From Monocercomonoides exilis PA203 (Eukaryota > Protista > Preaxostyla), in assembly GCA_001643675.2 (NCBI GenBank), contig LSRY02000053.1, positions 248,001 to 312,000 on the forward strand: a DNA stretch of 64,000 nucleotides, given 5' to 3'. Position numbers and translations under genes: made by a program. Below are positions 11,917 through 23,059 of this stretch, one piece after another. The notes beneath the pieces are model-generated. The model saw only the letters and a program-made list of their open reading frames with translations. It was not told where the DNA came from and did not search any database. Position 1 is the first letter of the stretch. Every line of letters starts with the position of its first letter.

Positions 11917-13797
11917 TAATCAAAAACAATTCAAATTGAAAAGTTCAAATGATTGGAAAATATATATTTCATTATTTGTTTTTGATGAATACATATTCAT
12001 TATGAATTTATTTGAAGTATTTAATAATTGTGTTATTGTTTTTGAAAAAACGCTACAGTTCAATTTCATGTTCAAATTGAACACCACTTTTTTTTAACTG
12101 TTTTATCAACAAATCCATTTAATTTCACTGTGTTGATCAATCAAAAACAAATAAACATAGATGATACGAAATTATTTGTGCTCGTAAAATTTGATGGATT
12201 TGTTGTGAAGACTGTTGGGAATAAAAAAAAATCTTATTAATGTTCCGATTGCATTGGCTTTGCCAACCTCTGAGAAGAAGAGAAAGAAGAAGAGGAGGAG
12301 GAGGAGGAGGAGCATGATGATGATAATGACACGATAATGTTGATAATAATGATATTAATGTAAATGAGGACGAGGATGATGAAGATGATTGTGGAGTGTG
12401 TGATTGAAGATTTATTGGTACACACACCAAAACAAGAACAGCAGTGCAGATGAAAGAAGAAAACAATCGCAAATAGCTGTGGACTCAAGGAATTGATGTG
12501 CAACTGCCAATGAGAAGCAACACGATGAAAAATGTTGTTTCTTTCTGTTTCCTCTTTCCTCTTCTCAGCAGCTCAATCACAAATGGAATGACTTTAATTT
12601 TCTATTGTTCTCAGGATAAACATTCCCTTTGCACCATTTCTGAGCAGCATATGATGGTGAAGAAGATTGCGCAAGAAGGATGATGATATTTGAGATGTGT
12701 TTGATGATGAAGAAGAAGAAATCCTTTTCCTTTCCTTCATATCTTAGCTACCTCTGAGAATAAGTTGATGAGCGAACGTGAATCCATTTCCTCTTCCAAA
12801 ATGTTGAAGATGAATGATAATCCATAAAAATAGAATATGATAAACTTGTTTCAATTACATCTTCCATTCTTTACTTTCACCATCATTGTAGTTTGTTCTC
12901 CTCTTCAATAGCATTCCAATCAAAAAATAGCCTTCAACCTGATTATTCCTCCTCATTTTCCTTTTCAATCTCTTTATCCAAAAGAAATTCTTCCAGTATG
13001 TAGAAATCCATCAGACATTTCTCGAATAACTTCCAAAATCATATCATTTGAAAAAATTAAATAACAAATTCATTTTTTAATGAAAATATTCGAATAAAAC
13101 AGAGTTTGTCTCATACCAATTGAAAATTGCATCCCTTCCTGCATCTACTTTGCTTCAATATTTATGTCCATTTTCGCTCATTCCACATTTTGGTCTTTTT
13201 CTCTTGAACTGAAATTCCATCTCTTTCTGCAAAAAATCACCTCAAAAACCCAACCAAAATGCTCGTATAACCTTGTTTCATGCATCCCATCCCTTTTGCC
13301 AAAAGTGTTCATTTCAGCCAATCGAGGCAAAAACAATCATTTCTTTCAAAACATCGAAAATCTCTTCAAATAAAAATATCACAAAAATTCCACCAAAAGA
13401 CATACATTTATATGTGGTGCAGAATCGCAAAACTTCCATCGCTCGCACCTCTTCCATTCATCTGTTTTCCTCAGTCTTTACATCATTCATTTCTTTCCCA
13501 GATGCCATTTCTCACGAAAATACAGGCAACATAAATATATGCTCCAAATCATATGTTGTTCCATCTCAGAGGCAGACATCGCTGGATGGAGAATGATGGC
13601 TGAAATATCATAAAATCAACAAAAATGGATGAATCATTCACTATTATTCTTTGGATCAAAAATGAAATATGAAAACATCAAATGAAAATATTTATCATGA
13701 AAAATAAAATGATTTTCATTTAAAGTTGAAGTAATTTTTGATAACGAACCCATATTAGTTTGCAATAGAGAAAAGAAAAGTAATTTTTTAGAGAGGC

Positions 13798-16700
13798 ATG
13801 GTATTGGTGCTGTCAGGAATATTTTATTGCGCATGGATAATTGGTGTGGGGTGCGAGTGCAAGGGTGCTACAAGTGATGGGGCAGTATTTAGAGAGAAAT
13901 CAGCGAAAGAAGGAAAATGTGATTATCCTGAAGACATATGGCCAGAGAAGGCTGAAAATAGCAAATATGGAAATGGCATTTTGTTAAATGTACATATTGA
14001 AGGAAAAGAAAAAGGGATGAGAGAGACAGAAAGACAAGAGAGAATGATGAAGAAATCCTCAAAACAATGGAATGAAGAAAGAAGAGGGATCGGGAAAGTT
14101 CAAAAATGGAGTTTTTATCATGAGTGGAAAATGTGGGGAAAGGAGGGTGTGTGTGGTGGGAGTGGGGTTGAGGGAAGTGTTGTTGGGGTCAATTCATCAA
14201 TGAAACTGAATTCATTGGGATTGATGGAAATTGGTGGGGAGAGTGTGCTCAGGGCATCGGATGGAAGTTTTGTTGAGGTGAGTGGTTGTGTGATTGGAGT
14301 TGAGAGAGAGACATCACCCTTTGATTTGTGTGGGAGCTGTGGATTATTCACCAACATTTCACTCAGATCGTCTTCAACCTCAACTTTGACTGAACAGGTA
14401 TTTCCTCCACTTTTCTCTTCAAAAGCAATTGAAGGAGAGATTCCAGAGAAATGTTATGTTTCTGTTTGTTCTTCTCATTTCTCATCATTTTGTGTGTCTT
14501 CAGCCCCATTCATCTCATCGCACTTTGTGTGTCTTTCCCAATTGGAATTCTTCAACATCTCCACAAATCAATTGAAAACAACACATCGAGTCGAATGGTT
14601 GAGCCAATCAGCATTTCTGATGAGTGGATGCACATTTTCATCGGTGTGGGATGTGTATGATGGATGCATTGTCCATTCGCTGAACAGCCCCTCATCTTCC
14701 CTGGATGCTTCAAACACCTCATTTGTCGGATGCTATCGCACTCAGAATGTTGCAATCAGCGGGAGTGAAGGGAATCCGTCGAAGCCAGCGAGACAGCAGA
14801 TAGCAGACGATGGAGCGAATACATTCACTTGGTGTGAGTGGAATGGGTCAAGTACAACTGGGTCAAGTGGTTCTTACGAAGATGGGATATCGAGTGGAGG
14901 GGCGATTAATATGTGTAACAAGACATCAGGAACGCTTTCAGTGAAATATTGCTCGTTCAATGACTGCTATGCATATTGGTGTGGTGGAGGAATTTTGTGT
15001 GTTTCAATAAATTCTATCAAAATCGAAAACAACTCATTTAATGGATGTGTTTCATCAAAAAATAATGGAGGAGGAATGTATGCTTGTTATATAACTTCGT
15101 GTACCAGGATCAGTGGCTGTGAATTTAAGAATTGCAAAGCATATTATTATGGAGGAGGACTTCTTCTTGATCATTTTAATGCTTCTGGAATAGGATGTAT
15201 TGGAACAGAAAATGGGAAAGGGGAGAGCTCTTGCGTGTTAGAGTGCTTATTCTCTTCATGTTTTCTGACAGGTTCAAATGGCGGAGGTATGTATTGTTAT
15301 CATGTTCCAACTGCATTCAAGATGCGGAGCATGCAGTTTATCTCGTGCAACGCAACAGAAAGAGGTGGAGGATTGTATTTTCATCCACATCAATCAACAG
15401 CCCCAAGTTACAATCATTATTGTTATTTTCTCTTCTTCCACGATTGCAGATGCACAACCACTTCCACTCCATATGGACATGATGTATTTTTTATAGATCA
15501 ATACAATCTCTTTTCATCGAATAATCCGTTCTATGAATCGTATACGATGAATAGCGATAATTATAGGGTGTGCTGTGAATATTTACAATCAGGAAGTTGG
15601 TATTATCAGCATACAGAAAAGAAGGAGTGGTTGAAGGAAGGGATGAAGAATCGGTATGTTGGGGTGGGTGGGGATGATGCGAGCAATCTGTGTGGGATGA
15701 GTGAGTCTGCTCCGTGCAAGACAGTGGGGCATGCAGTGAGTTCGAGCATGGCGCAGCTGAGCTCGACAATCACGTTGCTGGGTGGGAGGCATGTGAGCGA
15801 AGAGAAGACAATCAGTGTTGGGGAAAAGAAGATTTCTGTTGTTGGGAGAGGGAAGACAGCGAGTGTGATTGGGACGAATTCTCTGTCTTCACCTGCAACA
15901 ACGCTGTTTAGCATATCTTCTGGCCAACTGGAGGTGGGGCATGTGGGGATCGATCACAACGCAACAGGAAGCCTATCGCCGAGTGTGTTTGCGGTGTCTG
16001 TGGGGAGCGGGACTCTTTCGCTGGAGGATGTTTTGATCAACTCTTCGACATCAGGAGGGAGTGGAATCTCGTCATCAGCATTTGAAGTGACACTGAAGCA
16101 GCTAACGATTATTGATGTGGAGATTGAAAATTTGAAAATATCACAGCCTCTTTTTACTGAGCCATCATCAGCAGGATCGTCAAATGGAGAAAGTTTGCTG
16201 GGAAATTTAACAATTCGAAATGTGAATCGAACAGGAGGAGATGGAGTTGTGATGGCAAAAAGTGTGAAGGGAAGTGAGACATTTGTGGTGTGGAACACAA
16301 CGATGGAAGAATGTGAATGCGAGAACGGGAATGGAGGAGGGATAAAGATTGAATTTGTCTCTTCAAAAAGCAAGGTTCTTATTGGAGATTCAACATCGCA
16401 CAGCGGAGGGACAACAACATTCAGTCAGTGCAAGAGCAGTGGATGTGGAGGAGGGGTGATGCTTCATCTGGCTGATTCAAATGCATTGTATGAGTTGGGT
16501 AATACTCTTATATTTAACAGAAATGAAGCAGAACATGGGAAAAACATGTTCATTTCAGCATCTGATCTGAACAAAACAGTCACAAATGAGTCATTCAAGT
16601 TTGATTATTCCTCAATGAAGGATGATAAAACTCTGTTTGTTGGAAGTGATGACTATCATCAAGAAAAGGATTTGTTCATGTTTCTGATTCCATACAGCTC

Positions 16701-19700
16701 AACTGAGATATTTGTTTCATCGAGTGGATTTGATGTGGCGCGTTGTGGAAGTGAAGAAGAGCCATGCTTCACAATGTGGAAAGGGATGGAAAACATGGAA
16801 ATTGGAACTGGAATGAAAACAATTCAAATTGAAGGATCAACAATTATTCGAGATTCATTCAACATGTCCAATTATCAGATTAAAAAAAGTGTGAAGATGG
16901 GAGATGAAGAAACAAAAGCAACATTGAATTTTGAAAAGGCGATTGGAAGTCAACTAGAATATTTCATAGTGAATGATATACATCTTGAATTGACAAATAT
17001 CCAGCTCCGATTAACATCTGAATTTGAGAACTCATCCAAAACAATTATTTCAAACAAAAATGGAGAATTGGCGATAACTGGATGTTCATTCCATTCAGAA
17101 GCAGGAGTGAACAATGGATTTGATGGTGTATTTGTGGATGTGATTGGAGGCAGTGTGGAAGTGAATGATTTGTCGATGGAATCGTGCAATGTCGGAAATA
17201 GCATTTTTGTTATTCACGATGATGGAATTACTTGCCATTTTGTGAATGTTAATGTGAAATCGTTGAATGAAAGTGGAGGATGTTTTTTATCGATCAAAGG
17301 AACTGAATCAACAACAAAGAAAAATGAAGGAGGAGAAGAAGGAATAAGTCTCAAGATTGAGAAATCATCATTTTCAGGCGTGAAGAGAAGTGACAATGGA
17401 GCGAGCATTTTGGATTCAAAGAGTGAGAAAAGGATTTGTTTGGTTGTGAATGAGAGCAACATCACAGAAGACAAAGCAGAAACAAGTGAAAAAGGAGGAG
17501 CTATATTCTTCACATTGGGTGCATCAGAATCAATGAAGATGATTGACTCAACAATCAGTCATTGCAGCTGTAACAACAACACTGGGAGAGGAGGAGGAGT
17601 GTATTTGGCAACAAAGGAACAAGGAGATTTGAATTTCACATTTGTGGGGATGAAGTTCAGAGACAACGAGGCAAGAGTGGGGAACGATATTTTCATTGAA
17701 TGTTACAACATAACATCTCAAATCAATGAAAGTCAGTTTCAGTTTGATCTTCGAGAGAATCATTATTCACGAATAAATGCGATATATGGAAGAGATGAAT
17801 GCGATCATCAAACCGATACGAATCTGATTGGATTTGTGACAATTCATCAGAGTGACACAATTGTTGTGAGCAGTGCGGTTGGATCGAATGACAGACAATG
17901 TGGAACAAATGCTCTTCCATGTGATTCAATTGAGCATGGGCTGGTGCATCTGACATCTGAATATGTGAGTCTATTGTATGTTGACACCAAGAGTGTAATT
18001 GAGGAAGAGATAAATCTGAAGGAGATGAGTTTAAATTCGAAGAGAAGAGAAAATTGTGAAGTAGAAGTGGAATCAGAGATTTCAAGAGCAAGAGAGTCAT
18101 TGGTGATAACAACTGGAACAGTCTCATTTCTGAGAGTGAACTTTGTGTTTGATTCGAATTTCATCTCTCATCATGAATCATTGATATCACCAGAAGGAGG
18201 AATTCTTGAAATTGTGAATTGTTTGTTTTCTTCAAAACAATCGGCTGGAGAAGGAAACACAGGTTTTTCAAACATTCCCTTTCACATTATAAATATAGCA
18301 AAGGGAGAATTACAACTTGATGAATGCACAATTTCAAATCTCATTCTTCATGAATCTGCATTATTTCTCTCATCGCCACTTCCTTCAGTTATTTATTTAT
18401 TAACAATATCCAATTCAACAATTAAAACTTCTTTGATAGATATTAATGAGTGTGGACAATTAAACATGGAAAAGTTTCATTCAGAAAATATCACAGTTGA
18501 GGGAAATGAAGAATCATTGATATCTTGCTTATCAATGAAAACGACAATTGAGTTGACAAATTGCACAATTGGTGGAGTCAGTTCAAACACCGCAAAAGGA
18601 AAATTGATAAAACTGGAGAATTGCACAGATGTGAAAATGGACAGTTGCATTTTTAATGGGAATTCAAAGGAAAGAAATGAACAATATTTGAATGAAGGGG
18701 AAGAGATGTGCAGATGGGATGGGTCTATTGTGGATGTTGTGAAGAGCTCTGTGATGATGAAAGACACAACAATTACGAATTCACCAGATGGTGGAATAAC
18801 AATGAGTGGAGGGGCATTGACTGTTAGTGATGGAAGATTTGAAAACAACAATCCTTTCATTGAAGAATATCCATCGCTGAGAAGAAATATTATCTGTTCA
18901 GATTCAGGAACATTGAATGTGATGAGTTTGAAAGGAGGAGATGGATGGGAAAGAAATACTTCTCTTTGGATGTTGAATGATGGATGCAGTCTTGAGGGAA
19001 TTGCTTCAGAAAGGGATTCATCATTCTTCATTCCTGTGTTGGAGAATGTAGAAACAAAAGAAGAGACAGACAGAATGAAACTGACATTCAAAGGATTGCT
19101 TCTTGTTCCATGCAACCTGTCATTCTCAGTTGTGAAGAGGAAGGGAGAAGAGAAAGAGATTGAACATAATGATTTTGATTCAAGTGGATTCTTGTCAGAA
19201 AGAGAAGTTGAAGGGAGTGTGGCAAAGGATCTCATCAGCATCTGTGAAGATGAAATAGAAGTGAGTGCGTATATTTTGTTTGGGAATGCAGAATCCCCTT
19301 CATCAACAAATTCATTTATCCTAAAGAATGCAAGTGAAACAAATACAAAAGATGATGAAAAGGTTGTGGAAGGAGATAAAAAAGGAAAATTTTCATGGGC
19401 ACTTATCATTATTGTGATATTAATTGAGCTATTTTTAGTTGTTTTCATCGTATCGATTGTTCTTGCCATTCGATGGAGAAAGCAAAAGAGAAGAACAGAA
19501 GAATTGGAGGAGATTGTGGAAGACAATATCAAAAAGGATCCGAAGGCGTTTGAGATGGTCACGATGGAGATGTCACCAGAGGAGCAATGTAAGAGAGCAG
19601 AGAAAGAGGCAGAGAAGAAGAATGAAGAAAGAATAAAGAAGAGAGTGTATGAGAAAAGTTTGGGGCATTCAGAGTCATCAGAGCATCTTTTGGCTGAAAG

Positions 19701-20745
19701 TGGATCAACTGAATACATTTTGGGGAGAAATTCAGACAAGATTCCTGAATGGATGCTGGAGAAGGTTGAAGAGAAAGAAGAAGAAGAGACAAGGAAGAGA
19801 ACACCATCACCATCCATGTCATCCACTTCAACAATAGATTCAGATTCAACATTTGTTCGTGGGGAAGATCTATTCCCAACCACCTCGTCGATGTCGAATC
19901 TGGTGGATGCAATGGCCTGCTCGTCTCCACATGAGAAGCTGATTGTGGATCTGAGGGATTCTCTGTTCATGTTATTGCATGGAAGGAATGAGAAGAAAGA
20001 AATGGCGATTGGGAGTCTTCAGGAAAGAGAACAGACAGCAGCTCAGATTCTATTCTGGGTGGCCAATCTCGCTCTTCACTCATTTGATGAAATGGAAAAT
20101 GGATTATCTTCTCTTGCCAATCTCAGCCCACACATTATTCTTTTCTCTGAGCACGTGGTGATCTGCATTGTTTTGCATTCAGATTTGCTTTTATCTGATG
20201 ATTCTGATTCATCCTCCATCTCTTCATCAACAGTTGAGACATCTGCAACTGATGATGATGATGACGATGACTCTCTGCCCTCATCTGCATTTGAGGATGA
20301 GGATGACTTCAAAAAAGAGTGTTTGAGATGGAAGGCACCAGAACTGCTGTTGAACAAGAAAATGGAGGCAACAAAGGAATCAGTTTCATTCTCGATTGGG
20401 ATGATGCTGTGGGAGTGTGTGACACTGGAGATTCCGTTTGGGGAATACGAAGCCGAAGTTGCTGGACAGAAGATTGTGAATGGAGAGAGGCCGAAGATGG
20501 GGGAAGAGCAGTCGAGCCTTGAAAAGGTGGTGAATGAGTGTCTGTTGGTAGAACCATCAGAAAGACCTTCGCTGACGAGTCTGAAAAGAGAGTTTATTCA
20601 GCGTTTTCCGAAAGGCACCGCGATGATAACGATGTCAGATGCGATTGATGTGACGAGCATGAGATCCAGTCAATATACTATCAACAAGAGCGGAAAGATT
20701 ATCATTTTGGAAGCAAAGAGTGAATGCACAAATGTTGAGGAATGA
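13798..20745 (+). CDS. Giant receptor-like protein: Cys/Gly-rich beta-helix-like ectodomain, one TM helix, degenerate C-terminal TKL-type kinase domain
   Basis: 2315-aa ORF with a hydrophobic N-terminus, repeated F..C.A...GGG(I/M/L) units and C G....PC.T motifs. A TM segment (WALIIIVILIELFLVVFIVSIVLAI) is followed by RWRKQKRR. The kinase C-lobe is present (LRWKAPE, FSIGMMLWECVTLEIPF, ERPSL). Confidence 0.8.
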   Translation: MVLVLSGIFYCAWIIGVGCECKGATSDGAVFREKSAKEGKCDYPEDIWPEKAENSKYGNGILLNVHIEGKEKGMRETERQERMMKKSSKQWNEERRGIGKVQKWSFYHEWKMWGKEGVCGGSGVEGSVVGVNSSMKLNSLGLMEIGGESVLRASDGSFVEVSGCVIGVERETSPFDLCGSCGLFTNISLRSSSTSTLTEQVFPPLFSSKAIEGEIPEKCYVSVCSSHFSSFCVSSAPFISSHFVCLSQLEFFNISTNQLKTTHRVEWLSQSAFLMSGCTFSSVWDVYDGCIVHSLNSPSSSLDASNTSFVGCYRTQNVAISGSEGNPSKPARQQIADDGANTFTWCEWNGSSTTGSSGSYEDGISSGGAINMCNKTSGTLSVKYCSFNDCYAYWCGGGILCVSINSIKIENNSFNGCVSSKNNGGGMYACYITSCTRISGCEFKNCKAYYYGGGLLLDHFNASGIGCIGTENGKGESSCVLECLFSSCFLTGSNGGGMYCYHVPTAFKMRSMQFISCNATERGGGLYFHPHQSTAPSYNHYCYFLFFHDCRCTTTSTPYGHDVFFIDQYNLFSSNNPFYESYTMNSDNYRVCCEYLQSGSWYYQHTEKKEWLKEGMKNRYVGVGGDDASNLCGMSESAPCKTVGHAVSSSMAQLSSTITLLGGRHVSEEKTISVGEKKISVVGRGKTASVIGTNSLSSPATTLFSISSGQLEVGHVGIDHNATGSLSPSVFAVSVGSGTLSLEDVLINSSTSGGSGISSSAFEVTLKQLTIIDVEIENLKISQPLFTEPSSAGSSNGESLLGNLTIRNVNRTGGDGVVMAKSVKGSETFVVWNTTMEECECENGNGGGIKIEFVSSKSKVLIGDSTSHSGGTTTFSQCKSSGCGGGVMLHLADSNALYELGNTLIFNRNEAEHGKNMFISASDLNKTVTNESFKFDYSSMKDDKTLFVGSDDYHQEKDLFMFLIPYSSTEIFVSSSGFDVARCGSEEEPCFTMWKGMENMEIGTGMKTIQIEGSTIIRDSFNMSNYQIKKSVKMGDEETKATLNFEKAIGSQLEYFIVNDIHLELTNIQLRLTSEFENSSKTIISNKNGELAITGCSFHSEAGVNNGFDGVFVDVIGGSVEVNDLSMESCNVGNSIFVIHDDGITCHFVNVNVKSLNESGGCFLSIKGTESTTKKNEGGEEGISLKIEKSSFSGVKRSDNGASILDSKSEKRICLVVNESNITEDKAETSEKGGAIFFTLGASESMKMIDSTISHCSCNNNTGRGGGVYLATKEQGDLNFTFVGMKFRDNEARVGNDIFIECYNITSQINESQFQFDLRENHYSRINAIYGRDECDHQTDTNLIGFVTIHQSDTIVVSSAVGSNDRQCGTNALPCDSIEHGLVHLTSEYVSLLYVDTKSVIEEEINLKEMSLNSKRRENCEVEVESEISRARESLVITTGTVSFLRVNFVFDSNFISHHESLISPEGGILEIVNCLFSSKQSAGEGNTGFSNIPFHIINIAKGELQLDECTISNLILHESALFLSSPLPSVIYLLTISNSTIKTSLIDINECGQLNMEKFHSENITVEGNEESLISCLSMKTTIELTNCTIGGVSSNTAKGKLIKLENCTDVKMDSCIFNGNSKERNEQYLNEGEEMCRWDGSIVDVVKSSVMMKDTTITNSPDGGITMSGGALTVSDGRFENNNPFIEEYPSLRRNIICSDSGTLNVMSLKGGDGWERNTSLWMLNDGCSLEGIASERDSSFFIPVLENVETKEETDRMKLTFKGLLLVPCNLSFSVVKRKGEEKEIEHNDFDSSGFLSEREVEGSVAKDLISICEDEIEVSAYILFGNAESPSSTNSFILKNASETNTKDDEKVVEGDKKGKFSWALIIIVILIELFLVVFIVSIVLAIRWRKQKRRTEELEEIVEDNIKKDPKAFEMVTMEMSPEEQCKRAEKEAEKKNEERIKKRVYEKSLGHSESSEHLLAESGSTEYILGRNSDKIPEWMLEKVEEKEEEETRKRTPSPSMSSTSTIDSDSTFVRGEDLFPTTSSMSNLVDAMACSSPHEKLIVDLRDSLFMLLHGRNEKKEMAIGSLQEREQTAAQILFWVANLALHSFDEMENGLSSLANLSPHIILFSEHVVICIVLHSDLLLSDDSDSSSISSSTVETSATDDDDDDDSLPSSAFEDEDDFKKECLRWKAPELLLNKKMEATKESVSFSIGMMLWECVTLEIPFGEYEAEVAGQKIVNGERPKMGEEQSSLEKVVNECLLVEPSERPSLTSLKREFIQRFPKGTAMITMSDAIDVTSMRSSQYTINKSGKIIILEAKSECTNVEE

Positions 20746-21583
20746 AGATGGCTTTGAATTGATGAATGAAATGAGAAAGGTGAATGAAAAGAAATTTTTT
20801 GAGAAAAAGTTTGTCAAAGAAAGATTATTTAAAAGAAGTCTGGAAATCGTTGTTTTCGAGTTTTTAATTTTATTTATTTATTTTGTTTTGCTTAATTTTA
20901 TTTTTTGTTTTTGTTGAATTTTATTTTTATTTCATTTTTCACACACTCACATTCACCACCTGCTTGTAATTTGTTTGTATAATTTCACTGAATTCATTCA
21001 CTCACCGAACAACTGTTTCCGCTTGTCTTATTTTTCATTTATTTTTTCGTTTTTCAAGCATTTGTGTATGTATTTCCCTTTTTGATTGTTTGTTTCATTT
21101 GATTGATTTTTATACATGAGTAGTTATTTTCAGTTGTTTCTCATATATTCTTTTGATTGATTTGCCAGCACCTTTAAGAATGTCTTTATAAATGGAGTTT
21201 TTGTTGAATTGCAATTCTTATTTTTCGATTGTTTAGCCGATATGTATTTGTAGACATCTTCTTGTGTAAATCAAACCATTTTCATTTTTTTTTTCCAACT
21301 TTACGTTTTTTAAACATCTATTTTTTATTGATTCAGTGTTTTTCATCACCCAACACCAATGCAGCTTGAATAATGAAGTTATTTAGAATATTTTTTTTAA
21401 AACATTAAATATTTCTCATCAAAATTGAAGCATAACAAATAATATTCAAATATTATCAAACATTTAAGAACCTCCTGTATGGAATGATTTTGTGATTTAA
21501 CAGAAATCAGACTCAGATGATTTTGTTATTAAAGATCTTGTTAAGCATACCAATTTATTTTATTTTATTTTATTTTATTTTTT

Positions 21584-21621
<38 letters not shown>

Positions 21622-21622
21622 C

Positions 21623-21888
21623 GAGGGAAAATACAGATTTTCAAGCTTTTTTTGCACTAAGCACAAAAAAATAGCTTCACTTATAACATTGTTTAACTCA
21701 CTCAGATTACAAAATAAATTTGATTATAATATCCTAAACATGCATCGTTGAAATCAAAGCATCAAATTTTCCATAATTTCACGTATATCAAAAAACAAAC
21801 CAATTTTTTTCAAATTTTTGATAAAAAAAAGTCAATGAAAAGTTCATAATTTTTCAATGAAAATGCCTGAAGTCAAATATTTTGTCCC
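21623..21888. mobile_element. About 266-bp MITE, copy 1 (homologous to 39349-39616)
   Basis: Ends are GAGGGAAAATAC and ATATTTTGTCCC. It shares internal sequence with 39349-39616, e.g. TTCATAATTTTTCAATGAAAATGCCTGAAG. Confidence 0.7.
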
Positions 21889-22249
21889 ATATATATATAT
21901 ATATATATTATTGATTGAAATCAAAAATACTTGAATTATATGGAATAGTTATATCAATTATCAAAGAATAAACATTTTTAAAGAAAAGACAACTTATTAT
22001 CAAAAAATCCATAATTAAAAAAATGAAAATTAAAACAAACAATTCTTTTCAATGAACTGTTTGTTATTCCAAAACATAAAAGAACCGAATAAAAATTGAT
22101 TATTCATAAAACATGCAAGCTTTTATATTTGCAAATGTTCGCCATTCGACATATTAAAAAACAACATTCAAGTTTTTTTATGGTATTGTTTTTATAACTT
22201 CTTAATTCATTTTGCAATTTAGGAGGTGACGCCATTGAGAAATGAAATG

Positions 22250-22800
22250 GTTTGAAGTTATTGATGAATATTCATACTATGTGATCGTATTTTTTTCTTT
22301 AAGTTTTTTGAAAGTTTTGTTATCTGAGACAAAATGTTGCGCAGAATTTGAACAGAGACAAAAAATTAAAGCGATGGATACACTCATGAAAGAGATGGAT
22401 GAAGAAGAATTCAGAAAATGAACTCACAACAGAACTGTTCTCTAATGTTGACATAATGAATAAAGAAAATAAAACATCAGCGAGAGATAATTTTTGTTTG
22501 TTGAAGAGAGTTTTGTATTTTGAATGAAAAGAGGAGCATGAACAGATGGCTTTGCAAATACAAAGTTGGATAAAAGAAGTCAAAAGAAGATGAACGAAGA
22601 TAAAGAGAAAAAAAGCAGAAAAGAATGAACAGTTTCTTGTTGATTTTTGCGAATGATGCGTTTTTCAAAGCTTCTTTTTCCAATCAAAATTGCTTTCTAT
22701 ATGTATGTTAAATCAAATAAATACTGTATAAAGGAAAAAGGATAACATGAAAGTTCAAGAGGAAATGGAAATTGCAGCTGGGTTTGAGTTACATGAACAA
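22250..22800 (+). pseudogene. Heavily decayed 5' fragment of the HHNLTRLAYQSAW family, ending at a MITE
   Basis: Translatable remnants QKIKAMDTLMKEMDEEE and KVQEEMEIA resemble RKKIIEMDTIMNVMSEKE and TQKEVEMA of 59335-60066; multiple stops. Confidence 0.5.
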
Positions 22801-22804
22801 ATAT

Positions 22805-23059
22805 GGGTGATTATTTTTGATATCATATTTCTTCAATCAAAAATTTAGGTTCGAAAATTTGCCTTGAATATTAACCAATGAACACTGAAAAGTGAAAAGG
22901 ATTATTAAAGATATTTTTATCTTTGATTCGGAAATAACATTTGTTTTTGAAACAGTTATGATAATTTTATCATCTGAACAATAAAACACATCCCATTGAC
23001 AAACAATCTTTTAAAAATCAATACCCCGAAAAAATGTATGATTTCGAAAATAACCACAC
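22805..23059. mobile_element. 255-bp MITE with GGGTGAT termini (older, diverged copy)
   Basis: Left TIR GGGTGATTATTTTTGATATCATA; degenerate right TIR TATGATTTCGAAAATAACCACAC. Flanks are ATAT/AAAT. Colinear with 35745-36000. Confidence 0.75.

Noticed and set aside
12100-13700. Coding-like remnants here and at 43100-43900, 55450-57500 and 60200-61500
   Set aside because: Fragmented by stops with no identifiable motif; probably decayed genes, but not supportable as features.
18477-19970. 497-aa antisense ORF, and similar shadow ORFs over HSP90, IFRD, GH31 and WDR17
   Set aside because: These are opposite-strand or alternate-frame shadows of well-supported genes, with no motifs of their own.
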